64,000 nt of DNA. It comes from the human T2T-CHM13v2.0 reference genome, Homo sapiens. Shown here one piece after another: positions 53,224 to 64,000 of this stretch. The notes under the pieces were generated by a model. That model had not been told where the DNA came from. It ran no database searches and saw only the letters and a list, made by a program, of their open reading frames with translations. Both the position numbers and the translations under genes were made by a program. The first letter of the stretch is position 1; every line of letters begins with the position of its first letter. Location: NCBI RefSeq assembly GCF_009914755.1, contig NC_060925.1; one strand, written 5' to 3'.

Positions 53224-54209
53224 TGAAGGGGGTCAGCCACTCCACACCTGTGGGTATTTCTCATCAGGCAGGACAAGAGACTGAGAAAAGAAATAAGACA
53301 CAGAGACAAAGTATAGAGAAAGAAAAATGGGCCCAGGGGACTGGTGCTCAGCATGCGGAGGACCCACACCGCCACTGGTCTCTGAGTTCCCTCAGTATTT
53401 ATTGATTACTATTTTCACTAACTCAGTAAGGGAAAAGTGGCAGGAGAGCAGGGTGATAGTGGGGAGAAAATCAGCAAGAAAACATGTGAGCAGAGGAATC
53501 TGTGTCACAAATAAGTTTAAGGGATGGTACTATGCCTGGATGTGCACATAGGCCAGATTTATGCTTTTCTCCACCCAAACATCTCAGTGGAGTAAAGAGT
53601 AACAAAGCAGCATTGCTGCCAACATGTCTCGCCTCCCACCACAGGCAGTTTTTCTCCTATCTCAGAATAGAACAAATGTATAATCAGGTTTTATACTGAG
53701 GCATTCAGTTCCCAGGGGCAGGCAGGAGACAGAAGCCTTCCTCTTAACTGCAAGAGGCCTTCCTCCTTTACTAATCCTCCTCAGCACAGACCCTTAATGG
53801 GTGTCAAGCTGGGTGGAAGGTCAGGTCTTTCCCATTCAATGAGGTCATATTTCAGACTATCACATGAGGAGAAACCTTGGACAATACCTGGCTTTCCAGG
53901 GCAGGGGTCCCTGAAGTTTTTCACAGTGTATTGCACCCCTGGTTACTTGAGAATGGAGAATGGTGATGACTTTTATCAAGCATACTGCCTGTAAACCTTT
54001 TGCTAGCAAAGCACATCCTGCACAGCCCTGGACCCCTTAAACCTTGATTCTATACAACACATGCTGCTGTGAGCTCAAAGTTGGGGCTAAAGTTACAGAT
54101 TAACAGCATCTCAGGGCAAAGTCAGGGTACAGATCAAAATGATGTTTCTTATGTCTTCCTTTTCTACATAGACACAGTAACCGTCTGATCTCTCTTTCTT
54201 TTCCCTGCA
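53224..54209 (-). mobile_element. HML-2 5' LTR (986 bp, LTR5B-like)
   Basis: Minus strand begins TGCAGGGAAAAGAAAGAGAGATCAGAC and ends ..ACCCCCTTCA, directly before the PBS. Confidence 0.92.
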
Positions 54210-54369
54210 TACACTATTCTTCTTCTTTAGTCTGCTAGATATGGGAAGGGTGTTAAGAAGGGATCTCTCATCAATATGACCTGGCCCCCAAAAAGCATGC
54301 TTGATTTTTGAATGTGGTAAAGAAATATTTAAACCATGTTTTATGTCTATATGATTATTAGTATTTTTA

Positions 54370-54661
54370 TATTGTTTTGTTTTGTTTTGTTTTTGAGATG
54401 GAGTCTCACTCTGTCATGAGGCTGAAGTGTGGTGGCACAATCTCAGCTCACAGCAACCTACACCTCCTGAGTTCAAGCAATTCTCCTGCCTCAGCTGGGA
54501 GTACAGGCATGTGCCAACATGTCCAGCTAATTTTTGTAGTTTTAGTAGAGACAGGGTTTCACCATGTTGGCTAGGATGGTCTCGATCTCTTGATCTTGTG
54601 ATTCTCCTGCCTCAGCCTCTCAAAGTGCTACTATTATATGTATAAGCCAACACGCCTGGCC
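54370..54661 (-). mobile_element. Alu (AluS-like)
   Basis: Reverse Alu consensus. Confidence 0.9.
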
Positions 54662-55189
54662 ATATTTATATATTATAGGTAGTATTTTGCTAAAAGGGAA
54701 TTTTGATATCTTTATAAGACACAACTAGTTTAATTAAGGAAGGAGCACTGCCCACCATGATGACAGGTATGGGTTGGTGATGCCCTGAAGCTCCAGGTAA
54801 TCAATGATGTGAATGTCCCCTTCCAAAGCAGGGGCCATGCCTTGTGCAGTGAATCTCTGTCCCAGCACAGCTAATGGTCAGAAATGGATTCTTCTCAATC
54901 TGCCCGTTAGGACTGAACAGGGTCTCAGCATCTGGTTAGCAGGGAGGGACCCTGAGAAGGGGCTTTACTTGAGTGACTCACACTCTTTGCCCACATAGAA
55001 TGTTCCCGGCCCTGTGTGTGCATCTTGTGGGTATTCACCCACTGATCAGCCACAGAACAAAGCAAGTAGGTAATAGATTTATAAAGAGAAGTAAAGAACA
55101 GAAGGGAATTGATAAAAATGAGGAAATTTCATTTGGATGCCTGACTTCCTGGGGCAGGACCTCATTAAAAACACAGCTCGGTGCTTCTG

Positions 55190-55436
55190 ATTTTCTCTTT
55201 TTCTTGTCTCTTTTTCCTGAGACGGAGTCTTGCTCTATTTCCCAGGCTGCAGTGTAGTGGCTCTATCTCAGCTCACTGAAACCTCTGCCTCCTGGCTTCA
55301 AGCGATTCTCCTACCTCAGCCTCCCAAATAGCTCGGACTACAAGTGCCTGCCACCATGCTCAGCTAATTTTTTTTTTGGCCCCGAGTCTCGCCCTGTCGT
55401 CCAGGTTGGAGTGAAGTGGCACGATCTGGAGATCTC
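55190..55436 (-). mobile_element. Two abutting truncated Alu right-arm fragments
   Basis: gagacggagtcttgc...cagctaattt followed immediately by gagtctcgccctgtcgtccagg..gatct. Confidence 0.8.
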
Positions 55437-57602
55437 AAGTACATGGACCGGGGAGGCTGCAGGAATTTGTTTATCTTGGGCTGGGGGTGCATGGGAAGTA
55501 GGTAGGGCTCCTGTGACCACAAACCCAAGGCCTCTGGGATCAGAAGGCAACAACAAGGGCCAGGACCTACCCCGGGGCCTGTGCTTGCAGGGACCCTGGC
55601 TCTCATTTGTATGTGGGGTGCCTGAGTGATTTCAGATTCCTCACCCATCCCCGTTGGCTCTTCTAGGGGAGATGCATCTATAACACCTGTAGGTGACCCT
55701 GTGTAGGAAAAGATTGCAGAACCCACACGGGCCCATGCTGAGTGAGGCTTTCTCCAGGTGGGCACAAAAACCCCTAGCTCCCCAGCCACTGCCAGAGCTT
55801 GGGGTTGGGGGCCCTACATGGAGGCAAATGCAGGGAGCATTGGCAAAGGCAGGGCTGAGTGAAAGGAGAAGAAGAGCACATGGAAAAGACACAGGGGTCT
55901 CTGACAGTTCCAGGGCCAGAGGCACTTGGGAGTGGGAGAGGCATGACTGGGAGATAGGTCCAGGGCTTTTTCTGAGCCCTGAGGCCCCAGCAGGTTTACT
56001 TCCCTCCGAAGATCTCTCTGGGCTATTGTGCCTGGGAGTCAAGGCTGGCTCCGCTGCAGCCCTGTGGGAAGGGCATAGATCCCTCAGGGTCTAAGGTTCA
56101 ACTTTACTCTTATCCTCAAATGAGGGCTTTTACCCAGGGATCTCTTGTCCGCAGATCCCACGTCTTCTTGCTGGACTCCCAGAGGAAGTTGTCCTACCAG
56201 GGACATGGGATGTTTTACTTTTCTCTTCCATGGAACCATCTCTGTCAGGTAGAGTTGTGCCTTTCTAGGTGGCCGCACACACACACACACACACACACAC
56301 ATACTTACCATGTGGCCATTGCAGTGATGCCCACTGGGCTTCGGGTTCTTCCATAGCACCCAGCTGAAAAAAGCCTCACCTAAGGCTAAGAAGAGACATG
56401 GCTTGGACAAAAAAATACTTACTGCATTCCAGGTGCATCTTTATCAGCTCTAAGGCTGGACCAGGGGAACCTGGGAAGGGATGGCCCCTGTGCTGGGACC
56501 TGTCGAAGGCTCTGTCATCATCCTGGCAGCCTTGGAAGACTAGAGGGGTCAGGTCTTCCTCTGCAAGCCAGGCAGTGTCACCACCCAGAAGTCCAGGGTG
56601 CCTCTTTAGGTCCAGAGCAGCAGCTGTGGAGTTTCCTGCTTTGTGCCTTGCCATGTTCACCAACATCACTCAATATAAATTGGGGAAAATTTCTTAATTA
56701 CTGCTGGGTCTCTCTGCATTGTGGCCATGTTCTGAAGTCCAGGAGAGATGGGCTGATGGCCTTGGGATGCATAAAGTGACGCCGGCCCCATCAGCTCAGG
56801 CTGGGGGAGAAAACAGAGGCTCAGGAATATTCTAGAGAGCCTAAGCAAGGGCCTCATAGGAGCTTTGGAATCCCAGTGTGGATTCTGGGATTGGAGAATA
56901 GGTCAGGTCGTTACCTGAGATGGGTTTTGAAGCTTGCTCTGAGCTTGGCAGCAGATGAGCACCTCGAGAAGACCTGGCGACAGAACATGGTAGAAAAGAC
57001 CCCAAGTGCAGGATTCTCACTGGGGTCCTGGGGGTGCTACTGCACCCCTTGAAATGGGCAGGAAGAGGGAGTCAGTCAGCCAGTTCTTTCCAATATTTAG
57101 CTTATTGAACACCTTAGGCGTTCCACTGAGCCCCTCACCTGAGGGGTTTGCCAATCATTTGCTACCAGAACATGGGCAGGTTTTTCTCTGGCCAAATCTC
57201 AGGTTTATCAGGTTAGAAATGGGGAAAATAGCAACGTGCCTTAGATTCTCCATGAAGAAGAGCTGAGGTCCGAGATGATCGGTACCAGCCATCTGTTGTG
57301 CCTCGTGGATGCTCAGTGAACACAGATTCTAACAACCATTATTGGTGCTGAGCTCACCCTCAGCCTCAGGTTTACAAAGTGGGGCATGGGAAGTAGAAGC
57401 CTCACTGGGCTCAGGTGATCCTCCCACCTCAACTTCTTGGGCAGCTTGGCCTACAGGTGCACACTGCCTCCCCCCAGCTAATATCTTGTATTTGTATTAG
57501 AGACAGGGTTTCATCACATTGCCCATATTCCTCACAAACTCCTGAGCTCTAGCACTCTGCCTTTCTTGGCTTCCCAAAGGGCTGGGATTAGAGGCCTGAG
57601 GT

Positions 57603-57778
<176 letters not shown>

Positions 57779-58645
57779 TTTCTTTTGTTCCTTTTTGACA
57801 GTGTCATGCCGTCACCCAGGATGGAAGGCAGTGGCGCCATCTCAGCTCACTGCAACTTCGCATCCTGGGTTTAAGCGATTCTCCTGCCTCAGCCTTCTGA
57901 GTAGCTGGGAGTGCAGACATCTGCCACTATGCTCGGCTAATTTTTTGTATTTTTAGTAGAGACGGAGTTTCACCGTGTTAGCTAGAATGGTCTTGATATA
58001 CTGACCTCATGATCAGCCCACCTTGGCCTCTCAAAGTGCTGATGTTACAGGCATGAGCCACTGTGCCTGGGTCTGAGCTTTCTTTGTAGGCCTAATGTTG
58101 ATGCTCTGATAAGAATCTCTATGTTCAATATTAGTGACAGGAAAGGACTCTAAGAAGGAGGAAACATGAATTATCAAATTAGAGTAGGAAGGGAGTGGGT
58201 GAGATTAAGATTTGGATGAAGGGTCCTGGAAAATGACTGGGGCCAATGGTTGCTGGGAAATGTTCCACTGTGGGAAGATCCCAGAGTCTAAAGGAAAGGT
58301 TTCCAGATGATAGAACAATGACGGACATATGGACCCTCGTTCATTTCTCTCTCACATCCTGTAGAGCCCACAGTTTCTACCTGGGTGGCTTCCAGCTTGG
58401 GACAGCCACCCTTCCCAGGTCTAGCCACAATCTTCTCTCTGGCCTCTGCTCCAGCTCACATTCTCAGATTCCATCTTTGCAAGCTGGTTTTCTGAGAGGA
58501 GCCCATCATTTTTGTGGGTAAACACCCTTTACCTTCTAGTAGGGCCAAGACTATACCTGCCCCCTGTGTTTTCAAAGTGAATGTTATGGTTTAAGTCTGC
58601 CCTATCTCTTTTGATGATTCTCCTTTTAATTTCTGAACTCAATCT

Positions 58646-58950
<305 letters not shown>

Positions 58951-59519
58951 AACTCAATCTTGACAAAGGACTTTGAGTCCTGACATCTAGATGCCCACAA
59001 GATAACCGCCATGTTTTACATTGTCTTGTTTCCTTTGCAGGTTCCCATTAGAACACCTAGTCTCATTCCGCTCAGTCCCCACCTCACTTGGTCACTTTGT
59101 CCTGATTTCCTTCAGTGAAGCCTTGACTTAGTCTTGAGATAGATCACACCCTCAGTGGTTCCTTTCTTCTACCTGAATGTGCATATGATCTGCTATGTTA
59201 GATAGCATAAAACACAGGTGACCATTCGATATACACAGCTTTTTATTCTGTTTTCTTGGGAATGACATCACTATCTTCTTCAGGCTGTTGTAGCTCTGAA
59301 ACATTTTGACAATTTTGATGTGGCCAAACATCCTCCAATAAGGACACCTTAAGGTTTTTTTTTTTTTGGTCTAATATCAGGAACAGATTAATCCCTTCCC
59401 TGTATCACTATGAAAGTCGTGTATTAGCGAAACTTCATCAGTATTTGAGGAATAAATGAATGAATGAGTTTTGGACTTTCACCCTATTATTTATTCTTTT
59501 ACTTCCATAAATGTGTATC

Positions 59520-59661
59520 TAATTCGATCAATTAGTCAGAAGAAAGCTGAAAACTCAATCAGGATTAACTGGGTGTGACTGCAAGATCTAATCAGGTATC
59601 ACTTTCTGATTGGAAGCTGGTGATTGAGAAGGGAAGGGTGGGGTTAGAAAGGTCTATAAAA
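59520..59661 (+). promoter_or_regulatory. PRAMEF1 promoter: three DUX4-like 11-mers, inverted CCAAT, TATA box (TATAAAA at 59655)
   Basis: taattcgatca 59520, aaactcaatca 59551, agatctaatca 59584, tgattgg 59607. Confidence 0.78.
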
Positions 59662-59684
59662 GCTCCTGAGGGTACCCAGAAGAG

Positions 59685-59762
59685 ACCCACAGCACTCATT
59701 CCTGAAGCTACTGGTTGGTTCCCTGAGAGGTCCCAGAACTCTGCGAAGTGAGTCCAGCGCTG
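59685..59762 (+). other. PRAMEF1: PRAMEF1 non-coding first exon
   Basis: Starts about 30 bp after the TATA (start inferred); donor CTG|gtaagt at 59763. Confidence 0.75.
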
Positions 59763-60316
59763 GTAAGTCACCACCTGCTTAGGGTCATGCCCATCTGATC
59801 AGCAGCCAGCCAGTCAGGGACGGTGACACACATCCCAAAGTGGCACACAATATTTTTCTGTCTGTTTCGTGAGATGAACAGATTTAGGCTTTCATTTTTC
59901 CTCTAAATGTAGTTTTGTCTTCATCCATCAAATTGTGATTTGTGCTTGGTTTTTGTCATTTTAAAATTCTTATCGAAGCAGGTTTTTTAAAAATATATTA
60001 AAAATTTACAGTGACATGAATTTTTATTTCTTGACATTTGAAGTTATTTGTTTTTGTGCCCTTCAATTACAGTTCATAGACTTGGTGTTATTGTGATTCT
60101 CCAAGTATGCTTTCATTTTCATAAAATCCTTAAAGGTATCCCACACAGCAATCTCAAGAGTGCAGTTTTGCTCAGATCATGGGATTCATCTTTGCCCCTA
60201 GGATCTGTCCAAAAGTGGGTAATTGTGAGTATGTGGAAGTGATGTCTATAGGAACCTTCATCTTAGAGTTACAGTGCTCTAGAATAGCATGGTAGCACTT
60301 TTACGGTTTCTGGTTA

Positions 60317-61108
60317 ATTTTTTTTTTCAGATGGAGTTTCCCTATTGTTGCCCAGGCTGCAGTGCCATGGTGTGATTTGGCTCACTGAAATTTCTGCCTC
60401 CTAGTTACATGCGATTCTCCTGCTTCAGCCTCCTGAGTAGCTTGGATTACAGGCACTCACCACCATGCCCAGCTAATTTTTGTATTTTTAGTAGACACAG
60501 GGTTTTGCCATGTTGGCCATGCTGTCCTCAAACTCCTGACCTCAGGAGATCTGCCCACCTCAGACTCCCAAAGTGCTGGGATTACATGAGTGAGCCACCG
60601 CGCCCAGCTACAGTTAGCATTTCTATACATACCTTCCAAATGCTGTGGAATACCATCACACCACTTTTACAGTTCCAGTGAATTTTGTTTTTTTCTGTGA
60701 TGTACTCTGAGTGTGTCACCCAGACTGGAGTGCAGGGCCCTGAGCTGGGCTCCCTGGAAACTCTGCCTCTGGGCTTCAAGTGATTCTCCTTTCTCTGCCT
60801 CCAGAGTAGCTAGGATTACAGTCATGCATGACCACACCTGGCTAACATTTTAATTAACTTATTTATCAATTTGTTTTTGTTTGAGTTAGAGTCCAAGTCT
60901 GTCACCCAGGCTGGAGAGCAGTGGTGCGATCTTGGCTCATTGCAACTTCTGCCTTCTGGAGTCAAATGATTCTTAATTTTTTTATATTTAGTAGAGACAT
61001 GGTTTCATTACGTAGGCCAGGCTGTTCTCAAATTACGGACCTCAAGTGATCTGCCTCCTTGGTGTCCAGCAGTGTTGGGATTACAGACATGAGCCACAGC
61101 ACCTGGTC
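60317..61108 (-). mobile_element. Cluster of three Alu elements/fragments in PRAMEF1 intron 1
   Basis: Reverse Alus at ~60317-60608, ~60680-60850 and ~60870-61108. Absent at the paralogous position ~42670. Confidence 0.88.
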
Positions 61109-61515
61109 CATTTCTGGTAGAAAATTTTCAAAATAAAAAATAATGGCATCGATTTTAGGGAGTCCCTTTAGTGTTCCCCCAGCATGTTTATGGTGTAAAC
61201 TGAGAATGGAGGCTGTCTGGGGCCACAGGACACTCTCATTCTCATTGCTTTAGGGTGGTAAGTGACAAGAAATTTTTCTTCAAAGAGGTAGAGCTTGGCT
61301 TTCAGGATCCTCAGTGGCACTGTCCGGTGGTTCTGGGATTCAGTGGAGCAATGGAAGAAAATTAATAAGTCAGTGGTCTCCATGACCCCTCCCTCCTTGG
61401 TGTTTGGAAGACATTCTTCCTGGTACCAGTAGAAGCAGATGATTGTCTTTGCCCTGAGAGTGACACATTTTCCCTGGATTTGTCTTCTAGAGATTTTCCT
61501 TGCAGATCTATCAGG

Positions 61516-61802
61516 ATGAGCATCCAGGCCCCACCCAGACTACTGGAGCTGGCAGGGCAGAGCCTGCTGAGAGACCAGGCCTTGTCCATCTCTGCCATGG
61601 AGGAGCTGCCCAGGGTGCTCTATCTCCCACTCTTCATGGAGGCCTTCAGCAGGAGACACTTCCAGACTCTGACGGTGATGGTTCAGGCCTGGCCCTTCAC
61701 CTGCCTCCCTCTGGGATCACTGATGAAGACGCTTCATTTGGAGACCTTAAAAGCATTGCTGGAAGGGCTTCATATGCTGCTTACACAGAAGGATCGCCCC
61801 AG
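61516..61802 (+). CDS. PRAMEF1: PRAMEF1 coding exon 1
   Basis: [52 protein letters not shown]...KDRPR; 287 nt; donor CAG|gtgagg. PRAMEF1 rather than its near-identical paralogs is judged from sequence plus position next to PRAMEF12. Confidence 0.9.
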
Positions 61803-62202
61803 GTGAGGTGACCCAGGAGGGCTGGTAGATAGGGCTCAGGTGTCCAGGGAAAGAACAGCAGGGTCAGGCAGAGAAGTAGCCCAAGTGTGGCCCAGAGTCT
61901 TCTGATGGTGTTGGCGAGGAAGATCAGGGAGGCTTTGGCCATTTTCCAGATCCTCAGAGAAAGGACTGCTCACCATACAGGGTCCACTGTGGGAACAGAA
62001 ACCTGCCTTTACTCAGTGGAAGGTAAAGGGAATAGAAGTGGGGAATCAAAAGTCAGAATCAAAAGGGAACAGGGATTGAGAAAAGACAAAGAGAACAGGG
62101 AGCACTGAGGACAGGAGCAGCTGATTTATGGGATGACAATGAAAGCAAAGGTCAGGGATGAGTCCTTCTAAATTCTGAGTCTCTCCCTTACTTTACCCAC
62201 AG

Positions 62203-62781
62203 GAGGTGGAAACTTCAAGTGCTGGATTTGCGGGATGTTGACGAGAATTTCTGGGCCAGATGGCCTGGAGCCTGGGCCCTGTCCTGCTTCCCAGAGACCA
62301 CGAGTAAGAGGCAGACAGCAGAGGACTGTCCAAGGATGGGAGAGCACCAGCCCTTAAAGGTGTTCATAGACATCTGCCTCAAGGAAATACCCCAGGATGA
62401 ATGCCTGAGATACCTCTTCCAGTGGGTTTACCAAAGGAGAGGTTTAGTACACCTGTGCTGTAGTAAGCTGGTCAATTATCTAACGCCGATTAAATATCTC
62501 AGAAAGTCATTGAAAATAATATACCTGAATAGTATTCAAGAGCTGGAAATTCGCAACATGTCCTGGCCACGTCTGATAAGAAAGCTTCGTTGTTACCTGA
62601 AGGAGATGAAGAATCTTCGCAAACTCGTTTTCTCCAGGTGCCATCATTACACGTCAGATAATGAACTCCAAGGACGGTTAGTTGCCAAATTCAGCTCTGT
62701 GTTCCTCAGGCTGGAACACCTTCAGTTGCTTAAAATAAAATTGATCACCTTCTTCAGTGGGCACCTGGAACAGCTGATCAG
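62203..62781 (+). CDS. PRAMEF1: PRAMEF1 coding exon 2
   Basis: cccacag|GAGG...CAG|gtgaga; 579 nt; RWKLQVLDLRDVDENFWARWPG...SGHLEQLIR. Confidence 0.92.
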
Positions 62782-63725
62782 GTGAGAAAGGATCATGCAC
62801 TTTGTATGCAGACCACAGCATAGCCTTGTTCTGTAACAGCAAACATTAGAAGGCATGTACTGTGTGCCAGCCAGTGGCAACGTCACAGTGAAGGGGACAT
62901 CAGAATGTCAACACATTGTCCCATTCAGTGTTCCATGTCCTGGAGTGGCTATCACAGGATCGCTCCAATAAGGGGAGAGGGGTCACCTGGGGTAGAAGCT
63001 AGAGAGGGACATCATGTACAAGCTAGTTAGTGGGGGTTTCAGCTCTATTGGGGGTGCACGTGTGAATTTCCTGTTACAAAGTGTGTTTCAAGTTGATATG
63101 ATGTCAAAGAGATAATAGAGGAGGGTATGAAAGGAGGGAAAGCGCATCAAACCTGTCCATTTCACAATAGAACGTCTGTCCTCACCGGCTTAGTGATCAC
63201 GAATGATCCTGTCTCTGATTCCCTGTTTGTAAAAGGTTGTTTTGAACTCCAGGAAAGGTAATTGACATGGGAAATGCGTGCTTCCGGGATGGAGGTGAGG
63301 GAGTAGGCGTGAGAGTGGTAAAAAGTGACAGTTGGTTTGCAGATGCAGGCATGTCAGGGAGCCCCTGCTGACATGTAGCTCTAGCTGATGTCCCTAGACC
63401 TTGCTCAGTTGAGTTCTTTGTTCACATCTCCCACCGGGTACCTGTGGCCCAGAGATGAAGTTTTCTGCTAAAAGATGAAAAAAAAAAGGCTTTAGAGATT
63501 TTATGGCCTTGAACCAATCACACAAGCAATGGTGAAAGGGCTGAGGCTAAAATGGGACAGCCCCTGAACGATCAGGGTCCTCATCATGCAGCAACTTCCA
63601 TGAGGACCATCATCAGATGGTGGGAACAAACTTGTGTTTGTTTGACGCAGGCATTTTCCTAGATGAAGGCACTACCTTCATCTAACTGGTATCACTGCCC
63701 AGAACTAACTTCTTGATCTCCACAG

Positions 63726-64000
63726 GTGCCTCCAGAACCCCTTGGAGAACTTGGAATTAACTTATGGCTACCTATTGGAAGAAGACATGAAGTGTCTCTC
63801 CCAGTACCCAAGCCTCGGTTACCTAAAGCATCTGAATCTCAGCTACGTGCTGCTGTTCCGCATCAGTCTTGAACCCCTCGGAGCTCTGCTGGAGAAAATT
63901 GCTGCCTCTCTCAAAACCCTCATCTTGGAGGGCTGTCAGATCCACTACTCCCAACTCAGTGCCATCCTGCCTGGCCTGAGCCGCTGCTCCCAGCTCACCA
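63726..64000 (+). CDS. PRAMEF1: PRAMEF1 coding exon 3 (partial, runs off the window)
   Basis: ccacag|GTGC; CLQNPLENLELTYGYLLEEDMKCLSQYPSLGYLKHLNLSY...LSRCSQLT. Confidence 0.92.

Noticed and set aside
55693-56094. Shared peptide GPTWRQMxGALAKAGL suggesting a conserved hidden protein
   Set aside because: Explained by DNA paralogy with 37090-37320. The flanking frames do not stay aligned between the copies.

Overview
This is primate (human-like) genomic DNA, not microbial. From its gene content I recognise it as the proximal edge of the 1p36.21 PRAMEF cluster. The + strand carries the complete 4-exon CDS of the ciliary gene CFAP107/C1orf158 (194 aa, 14529-29033) and a complete PRAMEF12 (483 aa, 43142-45873, plus an upstream non-coding exon). 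It also carries PRAMEF1 (CDS from 61516, running off the window end). Between the two PRAMEF genes lies a 3'-deleted HERV-K(HML-2) provirus on the - strand (LTR, PBS, gag, pro, pol up to early integrase). It is fused directly to a much older class I ERV pol remnant on the + strand. The rest is mostly L1, Alu, hAT transposons, LTR remnants, a U13 snoRNA retrocopy and a 3 x 213-bp tandem repeat. I found no evidence of a wholly new gene system. The best leads are a phased DUX4-like motif triplet in both PRAMEF promoters, an inversion between the paralogous PRAMEF upstream blocks, and a frameshift-derived PRAMEF12 C-terminal tail. An RFX X-box/forkhead pair at the CFAP107 promoter and a template-switch scar in HML-2 gag are also worth checking. 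Gene names and repeat subfamilies are from recognition of sequence, not from database searches.
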